Shown: in pieces, positions 47,127-55,446 of the stretch | How the letters are laid out: every line of letters begins with the position of its first letter | Position numbering within the stretch: position 1 is the stretch's first letter | IMG/VR virus record: IMGVR_UViG_2926488731_000001 | Span: 1,766 to 65,765 of that record | Origin: a virus | Lineage: Duplodnaviria; Caudoviricetes | Length of the DNA stretch: 64,000 bases | Direction: 5' to 3' (one strand) | Made by a program: the position numbers and the translations under genes | The notes under the pieces: model-generated | The model's input: the letters and a program-made list of their open reading frames with translations, nothing else | The model's database searches: none | What the model was told of the DNA's origin: nothing

Positions 47127-48235
47127 TTAATGTCAAACCTATCCGAAGCCTTTGCGATCAGTTCGACTGCTTCGGCTTCATCTACTCTTTCGGGTTTTTT
47201 AGTTAATACACTTACGTGATCGTCGACCCACGAAACTTCCCCGATCATGCCTTTACGTCCGTGATGAATCCCTACAATTCGGACGATATCCCCAACTTCA
47301 TATTTCGGAATTTCAACGTCGTCATTTACGATTACTAGTTCGGATGGGTCTCCGTACCATTTCCCATTGCAAGGAAAGTCTACAACGATTTTTTTCTCGC
47401 CTAAGCGCCCTACTACTACTCTACGAACCTCACCGATTACCCCGTTTTCCACATAACCCCAACCGTATCGAGGACGTTTCCCTTCCGGTATATTTAGCCG
47501 CACTTTCGTTCCCGGATTAAAAATTTCTTCTTCGGTCGCATGGCGGAAATATCTTTCCTCAACATAAGCTGTATAGCCTTTTTCGCGCTTGTTTTCGTGA
47601 TTTAAAACCTCTACTTCTATACGTTTATTTGACATAATACGTTTAACAACTCCGAGTTTCATTTCCGTATTGGTAATTCTGTATCTCCCGTTTGTCTCCG
47701 GCAATGGAACGATGTAGTCACCAACTTTAAATTTCGGCTTATTCGGCTTATCGACAACCTTTTCGAACACTTCGAAGTCATCGTGTTCGAACATCGCTAT
47801 GTTTTCGTCTCCTACGTCATCGATAAACTCTAAGTCACCGTCTTCGTCAATGCCGATAATTTCATAGTATACGCCGGCCGACGCATCCCAGCAGTCTTCG
47901 TTAAATTTCACATAGTCACCAACGGCAGGTTTGCGGTCAATCTTTCGAAACTGGGAATCGCCTACTTTGCGGAAAATATAGAAATAGTCTCCTTGTTGTT
48001 CCTTGACCCACCCGTGAAGCCCGTTTCTATCGTCGGACACTCGCACATAGTCGTCTAATTTCTCGACTTTGTAAAAGGCGTCTGCTGTACGTGTTGATGT
48101 TCCCCGTACTTCCAGCATTACGTCGCCAACCTGTGCTGGTGCCGATGTCTTAACGTAAACATGGCCGTCATACTCAATTTTCTTAACTTCACCGTCAACC
48201 ATATCTAAAACTTTTACGTCATAAAGCTTCGCCAT
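47123..48235 (-). CDS. Protein of tandem KOW/SH3-like modules
   Basis: Repeated VGD.V units; ATG 48235 after AAGGGG. Confidence 0.75.
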   Translation of the reverse strand: MAKLYDVKVLDMVDGEVKKIEYDGHVYVKTSAPAQVGDVMLEVRGTSTRTADAFYKVEKLDDYVRVSDDRNGLHGWVKEQQGDYFYIFRKVGDSQFRKIDRKPAVGDYVKFNEDCWDASAGVYYEIIGIDEDGDLEFIDDVGDENIAMFEHDDFEVFEKVVDKPNKPKFKVGDYIVPLPETNGRYRITNTEMKLGVVKRIMSNKRIEVEVLNHENKREKGYTAYVEERYFRHATEEEIFNPGTKVRLNIPEGKRPRYGWGYVENGVIGEVRRVVVGRLGEKKIVVDFPCNGKWYGDPSELVIVNDDVEIPKYEVGDIVRIVGIHHGRKGMIGEVSWVDDHVSVLTKKPERVDEAEAVELIAKASDRFDIK

Positions 48236-48255
48236 AAAATCGTCCCCTTTTCGTT

Positions 48256-48624
48256 TTAATTGACTTGCAGTTGAATCCATCGGCGCGATACCGTCTGTTC
48301 TGTCGACCAATATTCTTTTTGACCCTCGCATTCGAACATAAAAGCACGATCATTGTCAATTCCGATAATATAGTCGACCTCGTCCTTAGTGTATGGCTCT
48401 CCGTTTCCTTTTCGAGCGTATACGACGAGAGACCTACGATCTTCGCGGAAGTGCATTGTCTTAACTTGGACGCGATAAACACGTCCATTTGCAGGGTCCC
48501 GCGCTAAGAAATCGTAGACCTCCGGCACTACCGGCTTACTGACTTCCCAACCGCAACCCCGCATCATGGCGATGGCAGCGGTCAGTTCGCTTATTGCGCC
48601 TACTACTTGTGTTTCGTGTGCTAT
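48256..48624 (-). CDS. PD-(D/E)XK endonuclease (group I intron-associated / PDDEXK_5-like)
   Basis: G.ISE.....GWEVS.P...YDF....RVQVKT...Y..DEVDY; probable ATA start at 48624 behind AGGAGG. Confidence 0.8.
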   Translation of the reverse strand: MAHETQVVGAISELTAAIAMMRGCGWEVSKPVVPEVYDFLARDPANGRVYRVQVKTMHFREDRRSLVVYARKGNGEPYTKDEVDYIIGIDNDRAFMFECEGQKEYWSTEQTVSRRWIQLQVN

Positions 48625-48636
48625 CTTGGCCGCCTC

Positions 48637-49350
48637 CTAAAATTCGAATTGTTCGTCTAAGACTTTCTTGTCGATCGCTTCGTCCGATGCCTCCTTCAGC
48701 AATTCGACGAGGTCTTTTTCCTCTCGAAAGTTTGCGAGTTCTTCGTATTTAAAATCGAAACCAATGTACGCTTTTGCTGCTTCGATTGCTTCGTCCGGCG
48801 CATCGCCACTTTCAAGAGAATACGTTTTGTCGACTTGACTAATATGAACAGCGTCACCTACGAGCGTGTAGTCTTTCGAAAACTTCTTCGCTGCCTTTTC
48901 GAGTTTGTCATAGTCGGCTATAAGATTATTAACATGAAATTCCGCCGTATCTATGACTCTATACGTCTTATATTCGAGATCATAAACCGGAATAATAGCG
49001 AACATTTTGCGTTTTCCGCCGGCTTTACACGTTAAGCACTCGTCTTTCCCCGGCTTGAAGTATGTCATTAGATCGGCATTTATGTCCTTTGGCGAATGTA
49101 GGCACGTGTGTTTTCTTAGCTTATAGTCGTACCCCTTGCCGTTGTATTCTTTATCCTCGTGAACGAAGTAAAAGAACCAATCGTCAGGCTTTGCAAGCAT
49201 TATAAATGTTCTACCTTCGGCATTTACCTCGCCGTGCCTGCCCATTCGTACGTAGCGTGTAACCCCATCAGGAAACTCGCTATCTCCGCCTTGTGCCGCT
49301 TTGTCACGCGCCTCTTCACGTTGCTTTAAAATGTCACGAATATTGCTCAT
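48637..49350 (-). CDS. Single-stranded DNA-binding protein (gp32-like, putative Zn site)
   Basis: FVH...HTC...C..C; acidic/aromatic C-terminus EQFEF; replication-module position. Confidence 0.65.
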   Translation of the reverse strand: MSNIRDILKQREEARDKAAQGGDSEFPDGVTRYVRMGRHGEVNAEGRTFIMLAKPDDWFFYFVHEDKEYNGKGYDYKLRKHTCLHSPKDINADLMTYFKPGKDECLTCKAGGKRKMFAIIPVYDLEYKTYRVIDTAEFHVNNLIADYDKLEKAAKKFSKDYTLVGDAVHISQVDKTYSLESGDAPDEAIEAAKAYIGFDFKYEELANFREEKDLVELLKEASDEAIDKKVLDEQFEF

Positions 49351-49375
49351 TCGTTTACCCCTTTCGGTTCTATTG

Positions 49376-49623
49376 TCCGAGCGCAGGTTGCGCTAACTTT
49401 TCGCTGTCAAAACGGTGACTGCGAAAAAATCACGTCCACATACAAGGTTCGTCCCGACTTTGCTCGCAAGCTACGCCGTATTAGGTCGCCTAAGCGTTTC
49501 CTATGGGCATGCATATGGTCGTTAGTCTTTCCTGCGCTCGTTATTTCGGGTCAGCCGTCCGCGGATACGACCGCGCCCGTCACCGCCCACGTAATCGACA
49601 TATGCAGTGACCGACGCAGACGT
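49376..49623 (-). ncRNA. Putative structured cis-regulatory RNA upstream of ssb
   Basis: Long G-U-rich hairpin followed by a multibranch domain closed by CGAGCGCAGG/CCTGCGCTCG. Confidence 0.6.
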
Positions 49624-49713
49624 TTATTCCGTCCGGTCGTCGTCTTCCCCGAGAATCATCGAAGACACACACAATATGATAACCACGCCGAAAAATGTTG
49701 TGAGAAACTCCAT
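49624..49713 (-). CDS. 29-aa membrane peptide
   Basis: MEFLTTFFGVVIILCVSSMILGEDDDRTE; RBS GGAGG. Confidence 0.5.
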   Translation of the reverse strand: MEFLTTFFGVVIILCVSSMILGEDDDRTE

Positions 49714-49716
49714 AGG

Positions 49717-50220
49717 TCAACCTCCAACTAACGAAAGCACCCGACAATGATTTTCGTATTCATCTTTTGCCCGTGCAATGTCCGTCTTACATTCGTTTAT
49801 TTTCGCTTCTATTTCGTTTATTCTTTCTTGGATAAGCGCACGTGTTTTCGGATTACGTGCGCGGGCTTTATTTAGTGTCTGCTCGCCTTTTTCGATTAGC
49901 AGATGCGCCATTTCAAGTTCAAGCGCTCGCGTTGTTTTCGTTAGCAGACGTTTTGCTTTTCGTCGTTCCCTCTCGAAGATTGGCTGAAGAAACGCAGCGT
50001 CTGCCGTAGGTCTAACAGTGATTATTTTTCGTTCGTCAACATTGACAACGAACGTTTTTCCTTCGTTTTCGTAGATAATTTTATTACTCCCCTGCGAGCT
50101 AATGTACTTTGCTCGTCGTAGTTCTTCCCGAAACCAAGTTTCCGCATTTTCTAAAGCAACCCCAAATCGCAAATGTGCCCGTTCTATTGCGTGTAATGTC
50201 GCTGTGTAACGTTTGGTCAT
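49717..50220 (-). CDS. Hypothetical protein (T.HA.ER N-terminus plus coiled coil)
   Basis: ORF track; HAIER...IITV pattern. Confidence 0.7.
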   Translation of the reverse strand: MTKRYTATLHAIERAHLRFGVALENAETWFREELRRAKYISSQGSNKIIYENEGKTFVVNVDERKIITVRPTADAAFLQPIFERERRKAKRLLTKTTRALELEMAHLLIEKGEQTLNKARARNPKTRALIQERINEIEAKINECKTDIARAKDEYENHCRVLSLVGG

Positions 50221-50327
50221 GCGATACGAACCGCCTTAATTTCGCTACTTTCGAAAGTTTCGTCAGTAATTTCAAATATTTCGTATAAATCGTGAAACCT
50301 TTCATTTTGTTCGTCCGTATATAACAT
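50217..50327 (-). CDS. 36-aa acidic peptide
   Basis: MLYTDEQNERFHDLYEIFEITDETFESSEIKAVRIA; AGGAGG RBS; ATGA overlap. Confidence 0.6.
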   Translation of the reverse strand: MLYTDEQNERFHDLYEIFEITDETFESSEIKAVRIA

Positions 50328-50353
50328 TGTGAACGCCTCCTGTCGATTTATGT

Positions 50354-50429
50354 TTGACATAATTGTAATAATTTGCTATATTTATTTCGTGTGTAAACGT
50401 TGAATATGTGAACAAGTGTACGCTATAAT
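50354..50429 (+). promoter_or_regulatory. Two tandem sigA-type promoters antisense to the sigma gene
   Basis: TTGACA-17-TATATT with TG extension (50354-50382) and TTGAAT-18-TATAAT (50400-50429). Confidence 0.65.
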
Positions 50430-50450
50430 GTACTTTGGGTAACGTTTACT

Positions 50451-51083
50451 CTACCCCACAAAGCGTGTAGGTACGGTAAAATAGTCGTGGTAGCTACCAA
50501 AACGATTGGCGTCGTATTGGCGTGCTATTCGTCTAATTCGTTTCTTCATCGCTTTGTGACAAGAGAGTCCGACTTGCTTGGCGGCTTGTCGGTATGAATT
50601 TGTCTGTACGAAGGCTGATATCGATGTGAGAGTCTGTTCATCGGCCTTCCGCAAAAGTTCTGCGACTAGTTGGCGCTGGTCGCGGTTTTTTTGTAAATTT
50701 ACTATAAACTCGTCATCGGTTGTTGGCGCAACCGAAACGACTTCGAATATTTCTAAATCGTCACCATCCTCGTCTACAAGGTAATTGTCTGCGAGGTAAC
50801 TATTCTCTCGGCTCATTTTCCTGATTAAATCCAAACACCCATTCTTTACAGCTACAGCCATTTCTTTCTTAAAATTCCCTATTGCAATATCTAGGTTTTC
50901 AACAACTTTCATTAACTTATCATTGATCATTGACTCTATATCAGCCTCATCTATTTTGTATTTAGCTGACAACTTCTCAACAATTCTTTTGTTATCACTA
51001 TAATAAGTGAAGTAAATCTCCGAAAAAACTAAATCGCTTCTTGTTTTTTGATATTCGGATATTAAGTTTTTCATGTTCTCCAT
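50451..51083 (-). CDS. Phage-encoded sigma-70/ECF-like transcription factor
   Basis: Region-2-like F..IY...DIES..DKL...F......KN..LDLIRK; region-4-like SYRQAAKQVGLSCHK. Confidence 0.75.
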   Translation of the reverse strand: MENMKNLISEYQKTRSDLVFSEIYFTYYSDNKRIVEKLSAKYKIDEADIESMINDKLMKVVENLDIAIGNFKKEMAVAVKNGCLDLIRKMSRENSYLADNYLVDEDGDDLEIFEVVSVAPTTDDEFIVNLQKNRDQRQLVAELLRKADEQTLTSISAFVQTNSYRQAAKQVGLSCHKAMKKRIRRIARQYDANRFGSYHDYFTVPTRFVG

Positions 51084-51087
51084 CCTC

Positions 51088-51133
51088 CTATACTATTAAC
51101 AACGTATAAAAATATTTGTTGGGGTGTGTTTTA
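51088..51133 (-). promoter_or_regulatory. Putative phage-sigma (type A) promoter upstream of the sigma gene
   Basis: AAACACACCCCA-N15-CGTTGTTAATAGTA then AGGAGG; same motif at 61873-61916. Confidence 0.7.
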
Positions 51134-51167
51134 AGAAAATCTTTTTATTTTTGTGTTGTTGTGTTAT

Positions 51168-51200
51168 ATTATACATATATGATTTAGTTTTGTAAATCAT
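51168..51200 (-). promoter_or_regulatory. sigA promoter for the sigma gene overlapped by a palindromic operator
   Basis: TTTACA-17-TATAAT on minus; ATGATTTA-gttttg-TAAATCAT inverted repeat at 51179-51200. Confidence 0.7.
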
Positions 51201-51233
51201 TTTTGAAATATTTAACTAAATGGAGATGGTGCA

Positions 51234-51449
51234 ATGATTTCGTATAAACCTTTATTACAACAATTAAAATTAAGAAAAATATCTATGAGGCAGCTACAGC
51301 GAGACCTTAGCATTTCTAGTGCGACAACAACTAAATTATCGAACAATCAATCAGTCACGATGTCCACTATTGAAAAAATTTGCCTGTATCTCGACGTTCC
51401 GATCGAACAGGTCGTTCGTATTGTGCCAAACGAATCAGACAAGCAGTAA
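51234..51449 (+). CDS. XRE/Cro-CI family repressor divergent from the sigma gene
   Basis: MISYKPL...IS.ATTTKL..NQSVTMSTIEKICLYL. Confidence 0.9.
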   Translation: MISYKPLLQQLKLRKISMRQLQRDLSISSATTTKLSNNQSVTMSTIEKICLYLDVPIEQVVRIVPNESDKQ

Positions 51450-51584
51450 GCGCTTTAATTTCATATTATTGAAACTCGATTCGCGTTTCTACACGTTTCA
51501 ATCGACACGTTTCGACTTCCGGCCGAGGAAAATCCATACAAACGTTGTAATGGCGCACTTTCCCTTCGACAAAACTGGTCGATT

Positions 51585-52541
51585 TTACCACGTTAAAAAC
51601 TGGTATTTTACCGTCTCAGCGCGCCATTCCAACGTTTTTAATACGTCAGCGCCGCAAGCGTTGGCGTCTTTTTTATCTCCATAACACACTGAAAATAAGT
51701 CTACATGCCTACGTAATTTCTCCTTCACTAGTTCGTTTAATCGACGGCCTGCTGCGTCATTATCTCCGCCGAGGACTAACTTTTCGATTGGGCTTCGTTT
51801 GATTATATCGGCTTGTTCATCCGAAAAATTTACGCCTCCTACAGCGATGCCCGCTACACCAGCCGAAGCCCAAGTTAATGCATCAATTGGCGCTTCGACC
51901 AGCACGGCGGTTTTGGCCTGCGACTGGTGTATAACGTCAATTCCCCAAACTAAATTCCGTATTGGCCAGCCGTGGGCATAAAAGAAATACTTACCTCGCA
52001 CAGATCGGTACATTATATTCGCTAACTGGCCGTCCGGAGTACGCCACGGAATCGCGACAAAGCCTCGTTGTTGCCCTCGACCTATGCCATATTTTTGCTG
52101 TGTCTCTGCGTCAATGCCCCGCGAAAGTAAATATTTACTCGTTGCTTTGGTTACGGCTATTTCCGGCAACGGTCGAAATCTTTCGGGTAGCTTCAAATTC
52201 GGCATTCTTATTCGCAGTTCTGACTCATCGTTGCCCGTGCGCCCGTATTCCGAAAGTAGATATTCGGCAGTTTCTTCCCACGTTTCGCCTCGCAGAAACG
52301 ACAGCAATTTAACGAAACCGCCCGAACGCCAGTTGTCATCAAACGCGCCTAAGTCACCCCATGTGCCAGCGTATTCTCCGTCAAGATTGACAAAGAAGGA
52401 CGGCGTTTGATCATCCCGAAAGGGGCTTGCTGCGTTTAGTTTGTCGTCGCTCCAACTAGCGCGGTGTCCCCAATCGAATTGTTCAAGTTCAGCCCGGATA
52501 TCGACATCGATCTTTTGTCCGCGTATTTTTAGTTCTGGCAT
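51585..52541 (-). CDS. DNA primase (TOPRIM)
   Basis: SPFRDDQTPSF, YLLSRGI, VEAPIDAL, GDNDAAG, KDAN. Confidence 0.9.
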   Translation of the reverse strand: MPELKIRGQKIDVDIRAELEQFDWGHRASWSDDKLNAASPFRDDQTPSFFVNLDGEYAGTWGDLGAFDDNWRSGGFVKLLSFLRGETWEETAEYLLSEYGRTGNDESELRIRMPNLKLPERFRPLPEIAVTKATSKYLLSRGIDAETQQKYGIGRGQQRGFVAIPWRTPDGQLANIMYRSVRGKYFFYAHGWPIRNLVWGIDVIHQSQAKTAVLVEAPIDALTWASAGVAGIAVGGVNFSDEQADIIKRSPIEKLVLGGDNDAAGRRLNELVKEKLRRHVDLFSVCYGDKKDANACGADVLKTLEWRAETVKYQFLTW

Positions 52542-52554
52542 TAGTAGTCACCTC

Positions 52555-53901
52555 CTAAAAATCGAATTGTGAAACGGCAGCTTCGCCAGTTTCTAGTTGC
52601 TTCACAACACCAACTTGCGGGATATAAAGTATTTCTACGGCTAAGCCCTCGCCTCCATCACGTCCTTTATTTATGCCGACAAGACCACGACCTTGCTTAT
52701 AATCGGTATCGACGCCGATAAGCAAATATGCGTCTTGGATTAATTGTGTAGTTTTCTTAACATCCTTTCGCTCTGGCAGAACAATTTCCCGATTGCCGTC
52801 TTCGGCCTTCTCTTCCTTCGTCTCATCTGCTTGCGTAATTGCAAAAATAACAGTTTGCGTTCTTCCAGCCAAGTGTCGCAATTTCATCGACGTTGCTGCC
52901 GCATCTCCGCCCGCCGTTTTCGATGTGTTCTTCTCGTAATCTAAGTAATAAAATGGGTCAAGAACAACGACATCTGCTTTCGTGGCTTCTATGTCGGCTT
53001 CAAGTGCTCGTAAACTCCTATTATCGAAATCAGTGTCGTCTACTGCCCGCACCGTTATATTTCCCTCGATTTGGTCGTTCACGGTTGCTATAAAATTCCG
53101 AAATGCTTCTTCGAAATCTTTATCCAACTTACCATAACGAATTTCGCTGGAATCGAATCCGGCGGTTAAATCAAATCCGTGCAGGTGAGCAGTTGTTACG
53201 CCTTGCTTTGCGGATATAAAAACGAATATCCGAACCCAAACCTCGAACCACCCCATTTCCATCGCCCAGATCAACACGTTCGCGCCCTGTGTGGCAGCCT
53301 CGATTGCTTCCATAAGTGTTATTACGGATTTTCCTCGGCCGGGCTTTCCGTATACAACATACACGTTCGAAGAAATGTATCCACCGATAGTTTCGTTGAT
53401 TTCTGGCAAAAATGATTTCCACACACGGAATGATTCCCCTATCTTACGTCGATCATATTCGGAAAGAAACTTTTCGGTCACGTTCGTAAAGTTTGTTCCC
53501 ACTTTATTACGAACGCTTGTTCTCATTTTAATAGATTCCGTTTCCGTTTGCAACCAGTCGAGAAAACTTTCTCCACTCAATTCGCGGTATTTCTGTTCGA
53601 ATGTCTTTGTAACGAAAAGCTCTTCGACTGCTTGCTTCGCCGAGTACGATTTAATTTTTCTAGCCAAATAGTCGTAGCTGTCCGAAACTTCCGGCACATA
53701 GAAGAAACCGTCGACCTCGGCAACTACAGTCGCATACGACGGGGCTTGCCCCCGATTTTCCTCGGCGTAGTCAACGATGAATCGATAAGCTGCTTTTTCG
53801 GCTTTGGTCGGCATATCTAATTCCGCGATGTTAAACCGATCTAGTGCTTTCGGATCGTTTGTGTCGATAACCTTCGAAAGAAAATACGATGCGTATTGCA
53901 C
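52555..53901 (-). CDS. DnaB-like replicative helicase
   Basis: GKPGRGKS, AMEM, VVLDPFY, ITQA, KGRDG; GTG 53901. Confidence 0.92.
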   Translation of the reverse strand: MQYASYFLSKVIDTNDPKALDRFNIAELDMPTKAEKAAYRFIVDYAEENRGQAPSYATVVAEVDGFFYVPEVSDSYDYLARKIKSYSAKQAVEELFVTKTFEQKYRELSGESFLDWLQTETESIKMRTSVRNKVGTNFTNVTEKFLSEYDRRKIGESFRVWKSFLPEINETIGGYISSNVYVVYGKPGRGKSVITLMEAIEAATQGANVLIWAMEMGWFEVWVRIFVFISAKQGVTTAHLHGFDLTAGFDSSEIRYGKLDKDFEEAFRNFIATVNDQIEGNITVRAVDDTDFDNRSLRALEADIEATKADVVVLDPFYYLDYEKNTSKTAGGDAAATSMKLRHLAGRTQTVIFAITQADETKEEKAEDGNREIVLPERKDVKKTTQLIQDAYLLIGVDTDYKQGRGLVGINKGRDGGEGLAVEILYIPQVGVVKQLETGEAAVSQFDF

Positions 53902-54650
53902 TAACGTCGCCCCCTTTTTGACTCGCCGGAAAACTTCAAATCGGCGCATTGATCTCGCATTCTATCAAATAGACGCACGTCAAATATTCGCTGCATTTTT
54001 TCGATTGATAGATTTGACGTGTAAACCGTCGGCAAGCCGTTTGCACATCGATAATTAATTATGGTGTGCAGTAACGCCCGAAAGGCTTCAGTCGCTGACC
54101 TTACGCCGATGTCGTCAAGAACCGCAAATTGTACGTGTTTCGTTCGTTCGACTACCCGCTTGGTAGCTTCGAGTCCCTTTTCATCTTTAGTCATGGCAGC
54201 GAGATTATATTCGGTCTGCCATTCGTTTACGTCGAGAAATAAAGCCGGCTGCTGCTGTGGTTGTAGACTTCGCTTCAGGCTGCCGAGGTAATGCCGTATA
54301 AGCCATTCGTTTAACAACGCCACTGCTGTCGTAGTCTTGCCTGTGCCGGGCGATTCCGACCATAAATATAGTGACTTTATTCGGTCAGCGTCCGATTCAA
54401 ATTGCCTATCGAATGTTTCGACGTGTTGCGTTAGAAAAGCGTAATATTTCGCTTGGTCTTTGCCTGCGGGCGAGTTTTCGAGCGTTAATAGCCGATAGTC
54501 AGACGGTACACCCGCCGCACCTGCCCGACCGCCTGTGCCTGACATACCGTGTAAAGCTATGAAACTCGGGCAAGTATTTACGCATTTGTAGCCGGCGGCT
54601 AGTCGGCATTTTGATGCGAGTAAACATCGTTTTTCATTCGTCTTTGCCAA
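53901..54650 (-). CDS. DnaC/IstB-like helicase loader ATPase
   Basis: SPGTGKT, VLDDIG, YTSN, DR; N-terminal Cys cluster. Confidence 0.9.
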   Translation of the reverse strand: MAKTNEKRCLLASKCRLAAGYKCVNTCPSFIALHGMSGTGGRAGAAGVPSDYRLLTLENSPAGKDQAKYYAFLTQHVETFDRQFESDADRIKSLYLWSESPGTGKTTTAVALLNEWLIRHYLGSLKRSLQPQQQPALFLDVNEWQTEYNLAAMTKDEKGLEATKRVVERTKHVQFAVLDDIGVRSATEAFRALLHTIINYRCANGLPTVYTSNLSIEKMQRIFDVRLFDRMRDQCADLKFSGESKRGRR

Positions 54651-54669
54651 TCTTACATCTCCTTCCAAA

Positions 54670-55047
54670 TTATTTCATCAATTTTTCGATTTCCTCCCAT
54701 AAAGACCCGTATTCTTTCTTTGCCTTATTGAATTTTTCTATCGCTTCAGGACTAGGTGGTTGGCTTTTTATCTGTTCAAGCTTTTCTTTGTATTCCTTAG
54801 TAAAGCATTCTTTCATTATCGTTTCGAAGGGTACGCCCATAATCGTTAACGCAAGAATGTCTTTTCTTCCTAATTTTTTAAGCCAATTCATATACAAATC
54901 GATTTTTATAAACATCTTGTCATTTTCTAATTTACTTATCACACTCGTGTCATAATTTAATATCTCTGCCATATCGGATTGTGTAAGCCCCGAATCTTCT
55001 CTTACTTTTCTTAATAGTTTTCCTCCATCAGCGTTAGTTACCACCAT
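54670..55047 (-). CDS. XRE-family HTH protein
   Basis: LRKVREDSGLTQSDMAEIL...ISKLEN. Confidence 0.85.
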   Translation of the reverse strand: MVVTNADGGKLLRKVREDSGLTQSDMAEILNYDTSVISKLENDKMFIKIDLYMNWLKKLGRKDILALTIMGVPFETIMKECFTKEYKEKLEQIKSQPPSPEAIEKFNKAKKEYGSLWEEIEKLMK

Positions 55048-55152
55048 TAAAACCTCTTTTCGTTTTCTTTGAGGTTAGTATAGCATCGTTTATTCGATAT
55101 TTTAATACAATGTGCGGAATTGGCATATTATTCGTTGATTTCGCCAGTTTAA

Positions 55153-55446
55153 TTAACAATTACCGTCCCACTCTTCGAACTCTTTAATTCTGTATTGTTT
55201 CATCATAAGTTGAATATGTTTGTACCTTTCCCCTTGCTCATAATTATTTACAGCACTAATGGCCATCGCCGTATAGTCGTATTGTCGTGCTTCTTCATCA
55301 AAAGGAATCTCGAATAACTTTCTCGAAAAGAACTTTCCTTTTCTATAAACCTTCACATCTACCGAATCTTCAAAGTACGAACTTTCGCTTATTTTCACTA
55401 AATACTCATTGCCTGACCCGGACGTAACCGGAAATTTTTTCAACAT
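55153..55446 (-). CDS. Hypothetical protein
   Basis: ORF track; FEEWDG C-terminus. Confidence 0.65.
   Translation of the reverse strand: MLKKFPVTSGSGNEYLVKISESSYFEDSVDVKVYRKGKFFSRKLFEIPFDEEARQYDYTAMAISAVNNYEQGERYKHIQLMMKQYRIKEFEEWDGNC

Noticed and set aside
49376-49623. Hammerhead ribozyme, tRNA or group I intron
   Set aside because: No CUGANGA/GAAA core, no cloverleaf or T-loop, and no interrupted gene; kept as an unclassified RNA
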